Positions 30,367 through 42,188 of a stretch of 64,000 bases of DNA are shown in pieces. This DNA is from an uncultured Gammaproteobacteria bacterium (lineage in GTDB: Bacteria; Pseudomonadota; Gammaproteobacteria; Ga0077536). The notes beneath the pieces were generated by a model. The model saw only the letters and a list, made by a program, of their open reading frames with translations. It was not told the DNA's origin and did no database searches. The position numbers and the translations under genes are program-made. The stretch lies in contig CALJHG010000004.1 of the NCBI GenBank assembly GCA_938075585.1, positions 9,311 through 73,310 on the forward strand, given 5' to 3'. Position 1 is the first letter of the stretch, and each line of letters begins with the position of its first letter.

Positions 30367-32760
30367 ATGAGTGAACAATTTGCGGTATTACCTTTGCGAG
30401 ATGTGGTTGTTTATCCGCACATGGTTATTCCTTTGTTCGTCGGCCGCGAAAAGTCGATAGAGTCTCTCGAGCGTGCAATGGAAGATGATAAACAAATCTT
30501 TTTGGTCGCCCAGAAAGATGCTGCTGAGGACGCACCTGTTGTAGATGATATTCACGCAATTGGAACAGTCTCCAACATACTGCAATTATTGAAGTTACCC
30601 GACGGGACGGTCAAGGTTTTAGTCGAAGGCGTGTATCGCGCAAAAATTGAGAGTTTTGTGGATGCAGACAATGTATATGTAGCGACAGTGTCTGAAGTAG
30701 AAGTCGCGTATCCAAATGATGCGGAGTGTGAGGCTCTCTCTAGATCTCTCATGGCCCAATTTGATCAATATTCGAAACTGAATAAGAAAATTCCACCTGA
30801 AATTATTTCGTCTCTTTCTAGTATCGATGATCCATCGCGGTTGGGAGATACGATAGCCGCACATATGGGGATTAAGCTTGCTGATAAGCAAACTGTGCTT
30901 GAGATGGCCCCTTTATCGGAGCGGTTGGAGTACCTCATTGGGTTAATGGAGGCCGAGATAGATTTATTGGAAGTTGAGAAGCGGTTGCGTGGACGCGTTA
31001 AAAAGCAAATGGAGAAAAGTCAGAGAGAGTATTACCTGAACGAGCAAATGAAAGCTATACAAAATGAGCTGGGTGAAACTGACGAGGGTGTGAGTGAGTT
31101 TGACGAACTTGCTAAGAAAATTGATGCTTCAGGTATGCCGAAAGATGTGAAAGAGAAAGCGGAGGGAGAGTTGAAAAAACTCCGCATGATGTCTCCGATG
31201 TCCGCGGAAGCTACTGTAGTGAGAAACTATATAGATTGGATGATATCAGTTCCTTGGAAGAAAAGATCGAAGATTAGCAAAGAACTGGTTGAGGCTGAGG
31301 CTATCTTAGAAGAAGATCATTATGGGTTAGAAAAAGTAAAAGAACGAATTCTTGAATATCTAGCTGTTCAGAAACGAGTGAAGACAATGAAAGGTCCGAT
31401 ACTATGCCTTGTAGGGCCGCCCGGAGTTGGGAAGACATCATTAGGGCGTTCAATTGCGCGTGCTACTAATCGGAAGTTCGTTCGAATGTCTTTAGGCGGC
31501 GTTCGAGATGAGGCCGAGATACGAGGCCATAGAAGAACATATGTAGGCGCAATGCCCGGAAAAGTCATCCAAAACATGTCCAAGGTCAAAACAAAAAACC
31601 CATTATTTTTATTTGATGAAATCGATAAAATGGCGATGGATTTTAGGGGCGACCCTGGTTCGGCATTACTCGAGGTGCTGGATCCTGAGCAAAATAACGC
31701 GTTGAGCGATCATTATTTGGAGGTAGATTACGATCTTTCGGAAGTTATGTTTGTAACTACCGCAAATAGCATGAATATCCCATCTCCATTATTGGACCGG
31801 ATGGAAGTAGTAAATATTTCTGGTTACACCGAAGACGAAAAAGTTAGTATCGCGCTCAAATACTTGGTTCCTAAGCAGATAGATAATGCGGGTTTGAAAT
31901 CTAAAGAAATCAAATTTTTAGATTCTGCTATCCGAGGAATCATACGATTTTATTCTCGTGAGGCAGGAGTGCGAAACTTGGAAAGACAAATAGCTAATAT
32001 TTGTCGAAAAGTCGTGCGTGGTCTGCTTACAAAACCGTCTTCCAAAACTATAACTATTTCTGAGAAATCGTTGGAGAAATACCTCGGTGTTAAAAAACAT
32101 CGGTTTGGTGTCAGTGACGATGAAAACAGAGTAGGTCAGGTCACTGGTTTGGCTTGGACCGAGGTTGGAGGAGATTTGTTGACCATCGAGTCTGCTGTAA
32201 TGCCTGGTAAAGGGAAAGAGATTTATACCGGCAGCCTGGGCGATGTTATGCAAGAATCTATCAAAGCTGCGATGACAGTCGTCAGAAGCCGTGCGAGTTC
32301 TCTCGGTATTAGTCCAGAGTTCTACAGTAAGAGTGACGTACACTTCCACGTGCCAGAGGGCGCCACACCAAAAGATGGACCAAGTGCAGGAGTTGGTATG
32401 TGTACTGCTATGGTATCAGCTCTAACAAAAATACCTGTGAAGTCCTCTGTAGCTATGACTGGTGAAATAACATTGCGAGGTGAGGTCTTGCCAATTGGTG
32501 GACTCAAAGAAAAGCTCCTGGCCGCTTTGCGTGGAGGAATAAAGCAGGTTCTGATCCCGGCAGAGAATGAACGGGATTTGAAAGACATACCTGCAAAGAT
32601 CACTCGTGCACTCGAAATCCTGCCGGTACGATGGATTGATGAAGTTTTTGAATTAGCGTTACAGGAGACCCCTGCTCCTATTGTTGAGAAGGATAGGCCC
32701 GATAATGTCGATGATGTATCAAAACCGAAAAGAGACGAGGAGAGTTTGCAGCGACACTAG
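30367..32760 (+). CDS. lon: Lon protease (endopeptidase La)
   Basis: N-terminal [24 protein letters not shown], Walker [10 protein letters not shown], and the catalytic PKDGPSAG. The ATG at 30367 has a GAGGAGA Shine-Dalgarno 8 nt upstream. The ORF track uses an in-frame GTG at 30346. Confidence 0.95.
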   Translation: MSEQFAVLPLRDVVVYPHMVIPLFVGREKSIESLERAMEDDKQIFLVAQKDAAEDAPVVDDIHAIGTVSNILQLLKLPDGTVKVLVEGVYRAKIESFVDADNVYVATVSEVEVAYPNDAECEALSRSLMAQFDQYSKLNKKIPPEIISSLSSIDDPSRLGDTIAAHMGIKLADKQTVLEMAPLSERLEYLIGLMEAEIDLLEVEKRLRGRVKKQMEKSQREYYLNEQMKAIQNELGETDEGVSEFDELAKKIDASGMPKDVKEKAEGELKKLRMMSPMSAEATVVRNYIDWMISVPWKKRSKISKELVEAEAILEEDHYGLEKVKERILEYLAVQKRVKTMKGPILCLVGPPGVGKTSLGRSIARATNRKFVRMSLGGVRDEAEIRGHRRTYVGAMPGKVIQNMSKVKTKNPLFLFDEIDKMAMDFRGDPGSALLEVLDPEQNNALSDHYLEVDYDLSEVMFVTTANSMNIPSPLLDRMEVVNISGYTEDEKVSIALKYLVPKQIDNAGLKSKEIKFLDSAIRGIIRFYSREAGVRNLERQIANICRKVVRGLLTKPSSKTITISEKSLEKYLGVKKHRFGVSDDENRVGQVTGLAWTEVGGDLLTIESAVMPGKGKEIYTGSLGDVMQESIKAAMTVVRSRASSLGISPEFYSKSDVHFHVPEGATPKDGPSAGVGMCTAMVSALTKIPVKSSVAMTGEITLRGEVLPIGGLKEKLLAALRGGIKQVLIPAENERDLKDIPAKITRALEILPVRWIDEVFELALQETPAPIVEKDRPDNVDDVSKPKRDEESLQRH

Positions 32761-32883
32761 TTTTTTTACGAAAAATCTGCAGATATGCGAAGCATCGCTT
32801 GACGCTACTGAGGTCGCTTGATATAAAACGTTTTAAACCCTTAATAATTAAACCATCACTGATTATGGCGAAGGAAACCACTT

Positions 32884-33156
32884 ATGAATAAAGCTGATTT
32901 AATTGATGCGGTCGCGCAAGATACTGATATGTCAAAGGCTTCCGCCACGCGGGCGGTAGATTCTGTAATTGACACTATTACAGGCTCCTTGAAAAGCGGC
33001 GATCAGGTTACCTTAGTCGGATTTGGAACGTTTATGGTTCGAGACAGGGCTGCTCGCAGCGGACGTAACCCACAGACTGGTGAAACTATTCAGATAAAGG
33101 CGTCCAAAGCTCCCGCATTTAAAGCAGGCAAAGCGCTGAAGGATGCGGTAAACTAA
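32884..33156 (+). CDS. hupB: DNA-binding protein HU-beta
   Basis: 90 aa. [11 protein letters not shown]...[20 protein letters not shown] signature. Confidence 0.95.
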   Translation: MNKADLIDAVAQDTDMSKASATRAVDSVIDTITGSLKSGDQVTLVGFGTFMVRDRAARSGRNPQTGETIQIKASKAPAFKAGKALKDAVN

Positions 33157-33181
33157 CGAGTACCCCACTAGAGAGAAGTTT

Positions 33182-33257
33182 GGGTGCTTAGCTCAGCTGG
33201 GAGAGCGACGCCCTTACAAGGCGTAGGTCGGGGGTTCGATCCCCTCAGCACCCACCA
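33182..33257 (+). tRNA. tRNA-Val (anticodon TAC)
   Basis: Matches the E. coli tRNA-Val(UAC) scaffold: GGGTG.TTAGCTCAGCTGGGAGAGC...CCTTACAAGG...GGTTCGATCC..CACCCACCA. Confidence 0.9.
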
Positions 33258-33269
33258 AAAATAGTCGTC

Positions 33270-33346
33270 GGAGTGGTAGTTCAGTTGGTTAGAATACCGG
33301 CCTGTCACGCCGGGGGTCGCGGGTTCGAGTCCCGTCCACTCCGCCA
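33270..33346 (+). tRNA. tRNA-Asp (anticodon GTC)
   Basis: GGAG.GGTAGTTCAGTTGGTTAGAATACC.GCCTGTCACG..GGGGGTCGCGGGTTCGAGTCCCGTCC..TCCGCCA, near-identical to E. coli tRNA-Asp. Confidence 0.95.
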
Positions 33347-33466
33347 TTTCTTAATAAATAGAAATGTAGTGCTCTACATCATAAATGTAGTGTTATTAGG
33401 CTATAATATTTTCTTTGTACTAGGATTCTTCCTATTCATTAAATTAGCCGGAGAGTATTTAAGCAT

Positions 33467-35374
33467 ATGCTTCAATCTATTCGAGATCGGTCTCAGGGAC
33501 TTGTTGTAGGCGTTATTGTCGGCTTGATTTCACTGACATTTGTGCTAGTGGGTATTCAGAGTTATTTAGAGGGCGGTTCGAAGGTTCCGGTAGCGGAAGT
33601 GGACGGACACGAAATTCATCTTACTGAATTTCAACAGAATCTGCAGCGCTTCCGTCAAAGAGCGCAGTCAATAATGGGCGACTCATTCAATCCACTTGAT
33701 TGGGATAGACCAGAGATCAAGCGACGAGTAGTAAACGAATTGGTAGATAATCACATAACAGCTGAGCACGCAAAAAAACTGTGGTTGAGAGTCGGTGATG
33801 CTCAAGTTGCCGAAGAATTGCAGTTAATTCCTGCATTTAAGGATGACGATGGAAAGTTTTCTCGGACCATGTATGAACAAAGAACGAGACTGTTAGGGTA
33901 TTCAGAATTGGCTTTTGAGGAGCGGATGAGGGACGAGCTTGTGCGTTCTCAGCTTTATGCCGGTGTGGGAGGATCAGAAATTATCGCTGATAACGAGTTG
34001 AGAATGATCCATAGACTTGTTGAGCAAGAAAGAGATATTGGTTATGCAATCGTGCCGGGAAGTGGGTATGAGAACATGGTAAATATCAGTGAAGTTGAAG
34101 TTTCTGGATATTACGATGAGCATAGCTCGAGGTATCGGGAACCAGAAAAAGTTTCATTGGAATATATAGAGGTATCGGCGTCTTCCCTAGCTTCCAGTAT
34201 CGAATTTTCCGAGCAGGAATTGCGGGATCAGTATTTGACTGATGCTGGTCAGTATACTGCCGCTGAAGAAAGAGACGCTGAATATATTCTTGTGCCCTTA
34301 TCTAATTCGGCTGGTGAGGACGAGCTTCAGAAAGCCACATTAAAATTATTAGAAGTCTCTGAGCGTTTTAGGCAAGGCTCCACAATAGAAGAGATAAAGA
34401 ATGAGTATGGTCAAGATACTGAATTTAATGTTCAAGCCAGTAGAACAGGCTTGTTCGGGAAAGGGATTATGGCTCAGTCGTTTGAGGACGGTGTCTTTGG
34501 CTTGACTGTAGGACAATTTAGTGAGCCAATTCGGACTGATTTTGGTTTGCACATAATTAAGCTGTTAGAGATTGTACCTGCTAGAACAAAATCTTTTGAA
34601 GAAGTGCAGTCTGATGTTGAGAACTCAATGAAAGAAGTCGAGGCTCAGAAACTCTTTTTCGAGATTGCTGAAGAATTTTCAACACTAGTGTATGAGAATC
34701 CGCAAGACCTTGTTACGACGGCAGAGGTACTCGATTTAGAGGTTAAGAAGCTTGGTTTTTTAAATCGTGAAGCTTTGACGGTATTATTTTCGGAACAGGC
34801 AGTCACAGCCATTTTTGACTCTGAAGTTATCCTGGAAAAGATGAACTCTATGCCTATCGAGCTTCCAGATGGCCGCCTCGTCGCTTTTCGTAGTGCTGGT
34901 TACAAACCGTCTCGAGTGCCGCCTTTGCTGGAGATTAGTAGTAGAGTGGAGGAAGATTTAATCACTAGCCGTCTTCGAGATGTTGTTGAGCAGAAGGCTT
35001 TAGAACTAATTGGGCTCGTTAAGGCTGGACAGCCCATGTCAGAAGTGATTGCTCAGGAAGGCCTTGATTGGAAAAATGTTGTTGGAGCTAAAAGAGACTC
35101 CGCCGAAGTTAATCGAGCTATAATTAACAAGGCTTTTAGTGCAGTTACTGATGAATCTGGGGTAGCTTATCTTAGTGTCCCGGTTGGGGTGTCTGATAAC
35201 GCGGTTGTAAGGGTGTCGAATGTATTGTTCCCGACAGATGATGACTTAGATCGAGAGTCGCAGTTGGTATTGAGACAGCAGATGGAAGAGGAAAAGAAGG
35301 CTAGTAGTTGGGCAACCTATGTGCGAGGTATTAGGCAGCAGGCGCAGGTAGAGATACATTACGAACGGCTTTGA
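33467..35374 (+). CDS. ppiD: periplasmic chaperone / peptidyl-prolyl isomerase PpiD
   Basis: 635 aa. N-terminal transmembrane anchor, SurA-like domains, a parvulin domain (FSEPIRTDFGLHIIKL), and the conserved position after hupB. Confidence 0.9.
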   Translation: MLQSIRDRSQGLVVGVIVGLISLTFVLVGIQSYLEGGSKVPVAEVDGHEIHLTEFQQNLQRFRQRAQSIMGDSFNPLDWDRPEIKRRVVNELVDNHITAEHAKKLWLRVGDAQVAEELQLIPAFKDDDGKFSRTMYEQRTRLLGYSELAFEERMRDELVRSQLYAGVGGSEIIADNELRMIHRLVEQERDIGYAIVPGSGYENMVNISEVEVSGYYDEHSSRYREPEKVSLEYIEVSASSLASSIEFSEQELRDQYLTDAGQYTAAEERDAEYILVPLSNSAGEDELQKATLKLLEVSERFRQGSTIEEIKNEYGQDTEFNVQASRTGLFGKGIMAQSFEDGVFGLTVGQFSEPIRTDFGLHIIKLLEIVPARTKSFEEVQSDVENSMKEVEAQKLFFEIAEEFSTLVYENPQDLVTTAEVLDLEVKKLGFLNREALTVLFSEQAVTAIFDSEVILEKMNSMPIELPDGRLVAFRSAGYKPSRVPPLLEISSRVEEDLITSRLRDVVEQKALELIGLVKAGQPMSEVIAQEGLDWKNVVGAKRDSAEVNRAIINKAFSAVTDESGVAYLSVPVGVSDNAVVRVSNVLFPTDDDLDRESQLVLRQQMEEEKKASSWATYVRGIRQQAQVEIHYERL

Positions 35375-35499
35375 TGGGCTGTCCTGCGGTTAACGGTCAC
35401 TAATTCGATCTAATTACGAGCACAGAAGTGAATGAATGAGAAACAATTTGCTTACAATCAGCGCCTCGCCCTCATTTCTTTATGGTTTAGTTAAGTACG

Positions 35500-36765
35500 T
35501 TAGGAAAGTGGCTTTTCGCGATTAGGTAGGTCACTATTCTTATCAAATACAGCACTATCGAACTTATCAATGATGGCCGCACCAACGCTATCTCCAGATA
35601 CATTTACTGCAGTTCTGAACCGGTCTAATAACCAGTCTACAGCTAGTAGTAGGCTAATACCCTCCAAGGGAAGATTCACTGCAGACAGTACAATGATCAT
35701 TGTGACTAGACCTGCCTGAGGGATACCAGCTGCCCCTATTGCAGCAAGTGTCGCAGTTACAAAAATAACAGTTTGTTCGTAAAAACCCATTTCGATGGCA
35801 TAGACTTGTGCGATAAACATGACGGCGACTGCTTCATAGAGAGCGGTACCGTCCATATTTACCGTAGCTCCCAAAGGGAGTACAAACCTAGTTGAACGGG
35901 CAGATATGCCAGCCTCTTGGGCACAGCTCATTGTTATTGGCAGTGTGGCTGACGAACTAGCTGTGCCAAATGCTGTCATTATGGCGCGCGACATGGCTGT
36001 TATGTAATCAAGACCCCGGCCAGTAAGTATTTTTAACAGGCAGACGAGAAATATAAAATGACACGCCAGGCCCAAAATCACTGTAAGCACATATGCGCCA
36101 ACGCCTGATATCTCTTCTAATAGCGCTTGCCCACCCCCCGTTTCACCTAATCTAGACGCGATTAGCGCAAAAATTCCGACTGGGGCAAAATACATTATCC
36201 AATTTATAAGTGTCATCATGACGTCATTGATGCCATTGAAAAAATTGATGACCGGTCGTCCGCTTTCACCAACGGTGGTCAGCGCTGCGCCGAATATCAG
36301 AGAGAACACTATGATAGGAAGGAGTTGCATTTGTGAGGCAGCCGCTATCAAATTTGGGGATACCATGGTTAGAATAATGTCAGAGAAAGTTATAGGATCT
36401 TTCCCTAGAATTTCGCTTGCCGCGTCCATATCGATGTTAGAAGCTATCCCGTCACCAGGCCGTATTAAGTTGACGACTACAAGTCCGATGATTACTGCAA
36501 CAGCGGTTGTGGAAGCATAATACCCCACGGTAGAGCCGCCAATTGTTCCTAGTTTTCTAATATCTCCGAGAGATGCAACTCCGGATATAACGGCGGCTAC
36601 GATCAGCGGTATTATTGTCATTTTGAGTGCATTTAAAAACAAAACGCCTAGCCAGGCTATGGATTGCATTTTTGAGCCGAATACAGCACCCGCAGCAATA
36701 CCTAAAGTAACCCCTAGAATTATTGCCCAGAGAAGAAATTTGTCGTGGCTAAATTTAGCCGCCAT
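35500..36765 (-). CDS. dicarboxylate/amino acid:cation symporter (DAACS family, GltP-like)
   Basis: 421-aa polytopic membrane protein with DAACS motifs in the GATVNMDGTALYEAVA and ISLLLAVDWLLDRFRTAVNVSGDS regions. Confidence 0.85.
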   Translation of the reverse strand: MAAKFSHDKFLLWAIILGVTLGIAAGAVFGSKMQSIAWLGVLFLNALKMTIIPLIVAAVISGVASLGDIRKLGTIGGSTVGYYASTTAVAVIIGLVVVNLIRPGDGIASNIDMDAASEILGKDPITFSDIILTMVSPNLIAAASQMQLLPIIVFSLIFGAALTTVGESGRPVINFFNGINDVMMTLINWIMYFAPVGIFALIASRLGETGGGQALLEEISGVGAYVLTVILGLACHFIFLVCLLKILTGRGLDYITAMSRAIMTAFGTASSSATLPITMSCAQEAGISARSTRFVLPLGATVNMDGTALYEAVAVMFIAQVYAIEMGFYEQTVIFVTATLAAIGAAGIPQAGLVTMIIVLSAVNLPLEGISLLLAVDWLLDRFRTAVNVSGDSVGAAIIDKFDSAVFDKNSDLPNREKPLS

Positions 36766-36779
36766 GTGAATTGCTCCGC

Positions 36780-37565
36780 TTAGACATCGGCCATTCCCAT
36801 AATGTTAAAGCCGCAGTCTACATAGGTGATTTCTCCGGTTACAGCGGATGCCAAATCAGAGCATAGAAATGCACCTACATTACCAACTTCGTCGGTCGTG
36901 ACGTTACGTCTTAGTGGAGCGTTTTCTTCGACGTAGGTGAGAAATTTACGCAAATCCTTTACACCTGACGCTGCCAGAGTGCGGATTGGTCCAGCCGAAA
37001 TGGCGTTCACTCTAATGTTATCAGGGCCTAAGTTCTCAGCCATATAGCGAACGTTAGCTTCTAGACTGGCCTTCGCAAGACCCATTACGTTATAGCTGGG
37101 CATTGTTCTAACTGCGCCCAAATAACTAAGTGTAAGCAGAGCCCCGCTACCATTTTGCATTAACGGTTTGAGCGCCTTCCCTAAGGCTGCAAAGCTGTAG
37201 GAGCTTATCTCGTGCGCGATTCCGAACCCTTCACGCGTAACACTATCTAGATAACTGCCCTGTAGTTCTTCGCGAGGCGCATAAGCTAACGAATGCACCA
37301 TTATATCTAAGCTTGGTCCCCAGGCTTTTTCTATACTTTTCGCAACATTCTCGATATCACTATCATGTGCAACATCACACTGCATTGTAAGTGTCGATCC
37401 TAGGTCCTCAGCGAAACCTTCTACGCGAGGCTTTAATCGATCATTTTGATAGGTAAGGGCGACTTCCGCTCCTTCTCTAGCCATCGCTTGCGCTACACCC
37501 CAAGCTATTGATTTATTACTAGCAACTCCTACTATCAGAGCGCGTTTACCATTAAGTATTCCCAT
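36780..37565 (-). CDS. fabI: enoyl-[acyl-carrier-protein] reductase (NADH)
   Basis: [28 protein letters not shown]-terminus and the Tyr/Lys catalytic region ([14 protein letters not shown]). 261 aa. Confidence 0.9.
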   Translation of the reverse strand: MGILNGKRALIVGVASNKSIAWGVAQAMAREGAEVALTYQNDRLKPRVEGFAEDLGSTLTMQCDVAHDSDIENVAKSIEKAWGPSLDIMVHSLAYAPREELQGSYLDSVTREGFGIAHEISSYSFAALGKALKPLMQNGSGALLTLSYLGAVRTMPSYNVMGLAKASLEANVRYMAENLGPDNIRVNAISAGPIRTLAASGVKDLRKFLTYVEENAPLRRNVTTDEVGNVGAFLCSDLASAVTGEITYVDCGFNIMGMADV

Positions 37566-37679
37566 TAGTCATTCCTGTTTTATTGTTCGACTTAATCTTT
37601 AGAACTAGTGTACTGCCCGTCAACCCCGTCTATAATCTCAGGTTAGAATCGTTTTATAAACTAAATTCTGGATTTTGCG

Positions 37680-39809
37680 ATGATTATGAGGAGTTTTAGA
37701 TCACTTTTAGCAGCGTGTCTTGCTCTCCTATGTGCCTGTAGCGATAGTGGATGGAATAATCCCTATCCTTCGACGGACGACTCTGAAAATATTTTTTATG
37801 GCTCGTTTTCTGAGCGACCAAAGCATTTAGACCCCGTTTCATCGTACAGTGAAAATGAAGCAGTTTTCACAGGTCAAATTTATGAGCCTGTTTTGCAGTA
37901 TCACTTCTTTGATAGACCTTATAGGCTAGAGCCCCTTACGTCGGAAACTGTCCCCGAACCGATATATTACGATCAAGATGGTAGTGATTTGGGAAGTGAT
38001 CCACTTGCAGAAGATGTTCACGAGGTGGTTTATAGAATCAAAATCAAGCCTGGCATTCTATTTCAGCCGCATCCATGCTTTACGTTGGATGAAAAAGGAA
38101 ACTACCTTTACCATAAATTATCCACGCAAGAGATTGAAAGTAAGACTAAGTTGTCGGATTTTAGTTCCACTGGTACTCGGGAATTAATCGCGGCTGACTA
38201 CGTTTATCAGATTAAGCGTCTGATGCACCCGAAATTGCATTCGCCCATAGCTGGATTTATGACTAAGTATATTAAAGATCTTGGTCAGTTCGGGAACCGT
38301 CTTCGAGAAGCCTCCGTCGAATCAAGCAGGACTTTAGATTTAAGGGCGCACGAATTTCTGGGTGCCAAAATAGTCGATAAATATACTTACGAGATCCGAC
38401 TTAGTAAAAAGTATCCTCAGTTTAAATATTGGCTAGCTATGTCTTTTTTTGCTCCTGTCCCATGGGAAGCAGATGCTTTTTTTAACCAGCCTGGGATGAA
38501 GGAACACAATCTATCACTAGATTGGTATCCGGTTGGTACAGGCCCATATATGTTAACTGAAAACAATCCCAACCGACGGATGGTGCTTGAAAAGAACCCA
38601 AATTATAGGGGCGAGCTATTCCCAGGTACCGATGAAAGCGACAAAGAGTCATTAATGCCTTATATCGATCGGGCATATTACAGTTTAGAGAAGGAGTCTA
38701 TCCCTGGTTGGACTAAGTTTCTTCAGGGTTACTACGATGCGTCTGGAGTGGTGTCGGATAGTTTTGACCAAACTATCCAGTTTAATACTCGGGGCGAGGC
38801 CAGCTTGACTGAAGAAATGAAGGATAAAGGCATTAATCTGGTGACCGCGGTTAGGAGTTCCATATCTTATATGGGATTTAATATGGTTGATCCCGTAGTT
38901 GGTGGTACTTCAGAACAATCGTTATTGCTCCGGAGGGCAATTTCTATTGCTATTGACTACGAAGAACTCATTTCAATTTTCGCGAATGGGAGAGGGACTG
39001 CGGCGCAAGGTCCAATCCCTCCAGGTATCTTTGGCTATGTAGAAGGTGAAAACGGAATTAATCCGTATGTTTACAAATGGACCGGTAGCCAAGCTAAGCG
39101 TCAAAAACTAGAAGTTGCTAAAGATCTGTTGTTCAGAGCGGGCTATGAGAATGGCGTAAATATCAATACAGGTGAGCCTCTTACTTTATATTTCGATACG
39201 GTATCGTCGGGACCCGGCAGTAAGGTGATGCTGAATTGGTATCGGAAACAGTTCAATAAGCTAGGAATAGATTTGGTTGTAAGAGCTACTGACTATAATC
39301 GCTTTCAGGAAAAAGTTCGCAAAGGGACAGTTCAAATATTTTCTTGGGGATGGAACGCTGACTACCCTGATCCGGAGAATTTTTTCTTTTTATTATATGG
39401 CCCTAACGCAAAAATTGTTTCGCAGGGAGAAAATGCGGTAAATTATCAAAACAAAGAATTCGACGATCTCTTTGTTCGTATGCGTTCTATGGCTAATGGT
39501 AGTGAGAGACAAGAAGTAATAAATAGAATGTTAGAGATAGTGCGCAGGGACGCACCGTGGGTCTGGGGCTTTCATCCCACAAGTTACACCCTAAGCCATA
39601 GTTGGTATGGTAATGCGGTCCCTAACCTGATGGCTAGGAATACGTTGAAATATAAAACTATAGAAGTGTCGAGACGCTCTCAAAAACGAAATGAATGGAA
39701 CCGCCCTATCATATGGCCTTTGTTAGCGATCACTTCTTTAATTATTTTCGCTTTTATTCCGGCCTGGTATGTTTATATCGCCAGAGAAAGGGCTCGGCTC
39801 GGTGAGTAG
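37680..39809 (+). CDS. ABC transporter substrate-binding protein, family 5 (YejA-like), with a C-terminal transmembrane anchor
   Basis: 709 aa. N-terminal signal/lipoprotein-like LALLCACSDS, a family-5 SBP core, and a C-terminal hydrophobic helix IIWPLLAITSLIIFAFIPAWYVYIA. Confidence 0.75.
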   Translation: MIMRSFRSLLAACLALLCACSDSGWNNPYPSTDDSENIFYGSFSERPKHLDPVSSYSENEAVFTGQIYEPVLQYHFFDRPYRLEPLTSETVPEPIYYDQDGSDLGSDPLAEDVHEVVYRIKIKPGILFQPHPCFTLDEKGNYLYHKLSTQEIESKTKLSDFSSTGTRELIAADYVYQIKRLMHPKLHSPIAGFMTKYIKDLGQFGNRLREASVESSRTLDLRAHEFLGAKIVDKYTYEIRLSKKYPQFKYWLAMSFFAPVPWEADAFFNQPGMKEHNLSLDWYPVGTGPYMLTENNPNRRMVLEKNPNYRGELFPGTDESDKESLMPYIDRAYYSLEKESIPGWTKFLQGYYDASGVVSDSFDQTIQFNTRGEASLTEEMKDKGINLVTAVRSSISYMGFNMVDPVVGGTSEQSLLLRRAISIAIDYEELISIFANGRGTAAQGPIPPGIFGYVEGENGINPYVYKWTGSQAKRQKLEVAKDLLFRAGYENGVNINTGEPLTLYFDTVSSGPGSKVMLNWYRKQFNKLGIDLVVRATDYNRFQEKVRKGTVQIFSWGWNADYPDPENFFFLLYGPNAKIVSQGENAVNYQNKEFDDLFVRMRSMANGSERQEVINRMLEIVRRDAPWVWGFHPTSYTLSHSWYGNAVPNLMARNTLKYKTIEVSRRSQKRNEWNRPIIWPLLAITSLIIFAFIPAWYVYIARERARLGE

Positions 39810-40776
39810 TTATCTTACTAGGCGAATCCTATATGCTTTTCCAATTTTAATTGGAGTGAACTTTATTACGTTTGTCTTATTTTTCGTAGTGAATTCACCT
39901 GACGATATGGCTCGAGTGCATTTAGGTAACCGTTATGTTACCGAGGACTCTATAAGCAATTGGAAATCAGAGCGAGGGTACGACAAACCCTTGTTTATTG
40001 CCCTAGATAGTGCTGGAAAAAAAGTTTTTACGGAAACCATATTCTTTGACAAGACGGTGCGACTGTTCACTTTTGATTTTGGTCAGTCGGATAGCGGCCG
40101 CGATATAAGCTATGACATTTCTGAGCGCATGTGGCCTAGTCTGTTAATTAGTTTACCGGTTTTGTGTCTGGGTTTACTTTTCACTTTGAGCTTCGCCTTA
40201 TTAATTGCTTTTTTTCGAGGAACCTATATTGACTCATCAGCAGTGATATTATGTGTTTCGATGATGTCGATTTCGGGATTATTTTATATAATTGGGGGAC
40301 AGTATCTACTCAGTAAATTACTCCAGATCGTTCCTATCTCAGGCTTTGACGATGGTATCGCTTCGATAAAATTTTTAATATTACCAATACTAATTGGGGT
40401 GGTTGGTGGGTTAGGGCATGGGACTCGTTGGTACAGAACTATTTTTTTAGAGGAAATACATCGTGATTATGTGCGAACCGCAAGAGCGAAAGGATTATCT
40501 GAGAAAGGTGTTCTATATCAGCATGTGTTGAGAAATGCTCTGATTCCTATTGTAACGGGCGTGGTGGCTTTATTGCCTTCTCTTTTTCTAGGCAGTTTAA
40601 TCACCGAAGCTTTTTTTGGTATACCAGGTCTAGGTAGTTATACGATAGACGCTATTCAGTCTCAAGACTTCGCAATAGTTCGAGCGATGGTATTTTTGGG
40701 TTCAGTGCTTTATATCTTGGGACTTATTTTGACTGATGTCGCATATACCTTGGTTGATCCTCGGATAAGACTGTAA
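39802..40776 (+). CDS. ABC transporter permease (YejB/DppB-like)
   Basis: Typical N-terminus LTRRILYAFPILIGVNFITFVLFF and an EAA-like loop (YVRTARAKGLSEKGVLYQHVLRNAL). Probable GTG start at 39802, overlapping the SBP stop by 8 nt. The ORF track starts at 39769. Confidence 0.8.
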   Translation: MSSYLTRRILYAFPILIGVNFITFVLFFVVNSPDDMARVHLGNRYVTEDSISNWKSERGYDKPLFIALDSAGKKVFTETIFFDKTVRLFTFDFGQSDSGRDISYDISERMWPSLLISLPVLCLGLLFTLSFALLIAFFRGTYIDSSAVILCVSMMSISGLFYIIGGQYLLSKLLQIVPISGFDDGIASIKFLILPILIGVVGGLGHGTRWYRTIFLEEIHRDYVRTARAKGLSEKGVLYQHVLRNALIPIVTGVVALLPSLFLGSLITEAFFGIPGLGSYTIDAIQSQDFAIVRAMVFLGSVLYILGLILTDVAYTLVDPRIRL

Positions 40777-40787
40777 CGAGTCTTTGT

Positions 40788-42188
40788 ATGGAGCTAGTAA
40801 TACTAAAAACCGACGCCCTATTTTTTATTTTGATCGCTTCTTTACTGGCGTATATTTTTTATGCATCTAAAAAAGAGCACTTAGCTCGTCCTTGGCGCAC
40901 TGTTCTCAAAAAACCTATGGCAGCCTCTGCCTTAACTATCTTAGCCTTCTATTTGATGGTCGCTATCCTTGATTCAATACATTTCCACCCAGAAATAGAA
41001 GGGAGTTCTTCTGATACACTCGTATATAGTTCGCAAGTTGTTAGTCTATTAGATGAAGTTCTAAAACCTATTAACAAAAACACCGAGACTACTTATTCCG
41101 CACCTTTTGCGATTTACTCCTATGCGAAAGAAAGTCGGGAGAGTGAAACGGGCCAGATTATCCGAGACTATCCGCGTCTTATGCATGCTGGTAGTCACTT
41201 GTCAGATACATCTGAAGTAAGATCTGACCTCATCATGCGGTCCTTAGGTGCTCTCGGTTATTGGGTATTTGCCATGGCTATTTTATGTTTGATTCTAATT
41301 AGCCTGAGAGTAGTCAAATTAAAATCAATGGTCTCGGACTGGCAAAATTTAGGCACTTTTTTCCGACCTTCACCAGCGCAAGCGGCAGCGATAACCTTCG
41401 CAGTGGTCTGCTTGTTGATAAGCCTGATCGCCACAGTAGGGCCCTACTACCATATTCTGGGAACAGATAAAGTAGGTAATGATGTTCTATTCCAGGGGGT
41501 CAAAGGCATACGCACAGGACTGCTAATAGGAACTCTGACGACTTTAATTATGCTTCCTTTTGCGATTGTTTTGGGGGTAGCGGCTGGATACTTTAGGGGA
41601 TGGGTAGACGATGCTATTCAATATCTTTATACAACTCTGTCATCTATTCCGGGAGTCTTACTTATTGCAGCAGCAGCATTGATGTTAGAAGTCTTCATGA
41701 CAAACAACGCTGGTGATTTCGAAAGTGTGACTGCGAGAGCTGACCTTAGGTTTCTGTGTTTATGTCTCATTCTCGGAGTTACCGCTTGGACTGGCCTTTG
41801 TAGGTACTTGCGAGCCGAAACATTGAAACTGAAAGAGTCAAATTATATTGAGGCCTCAAGAGCCTTTGGTGTGTTAAGTTGGTCAACCATTAGTCAGCAT
41901 GTACTGCCAAATCTTATGCATATTGTTATGATTTCGATTGTACTAGATTTTAGTGGTCTGGTGCTCGCAGAGGCAGCGTTAACTTACATCGATATTGGGG
42001 TAGATCCCAGCATGGAGTCTTGGGGGAATATGATAAACGGTGCGCGCCTAGAGCTAGCCAGAGAGCCGGTTGTCTGGTGGTCACTTTTTACTGCTTTTCT
42101 TTTTATGTTTATTTTAGTCTTAGCGGCAAATGTTTTTGCGGACTCAGTTAGAGACGCTTTTGATCCTAGGATAAGAGAGCTAGATTGA
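40788..42188 (+). CDS. ABC transporter permease (YejE/DppC-like) with an approximately 190-aa N-terminal extension
   Basis: DppC-like core (LFQGVKGIRTGLLIGTLTT...ASRAFGVLSWSTISQHVLPN), preceded by one transmembrane helix and an extra periplasmic segment. Confidence 0.8.
   Translation: MELVILKTDALFFILIASLLAYIFYASKKEHLARPWRTVLKKPMAASALTILAFYLMVAILDSIHFHPEIEGSSSDTLVYSSQVVSLLDEVLKPINKNTETTYSAPFAIYSYAKESRESETGQIIRDYPRLMHAGSHLSDTSEVRSDLIMRSLGALGYWVFAMAILCLILISLRVVKLKSMVSDWQNLGTFFRPSPAQAAAITFAVVCLLISLIATVGPYYHILGTDKVGNDVLFQGVKGIRTGLLIGTLTTLIMLPFAIVLGVAAGYFRGWVDDAIQYLYTTLSSIPGVLLIAAAALMLEVFMTNNAGDFESVTARADLRFLCLCLILGVTAWTGLCRYLRAETLKLKESNYIEASRAFGVLSWSTISQHVLPNLMHIVMISIVLDFSGLVLAEAALTYIDIGVDPSMESWGNMINGARLELAREPVVWWSLFTAFLFMFILVLAANVFADSVRDAFDPRIRELD

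Noticed and set aside
33273-33509. 78-aa plus-strand ORF (IPACHAGGRGFESRP...) starting in tRNA-Asp.
   Set aside because: This is the classic tRNA-derived pseudo-ORF, and it also overlaps the ppiD start region.
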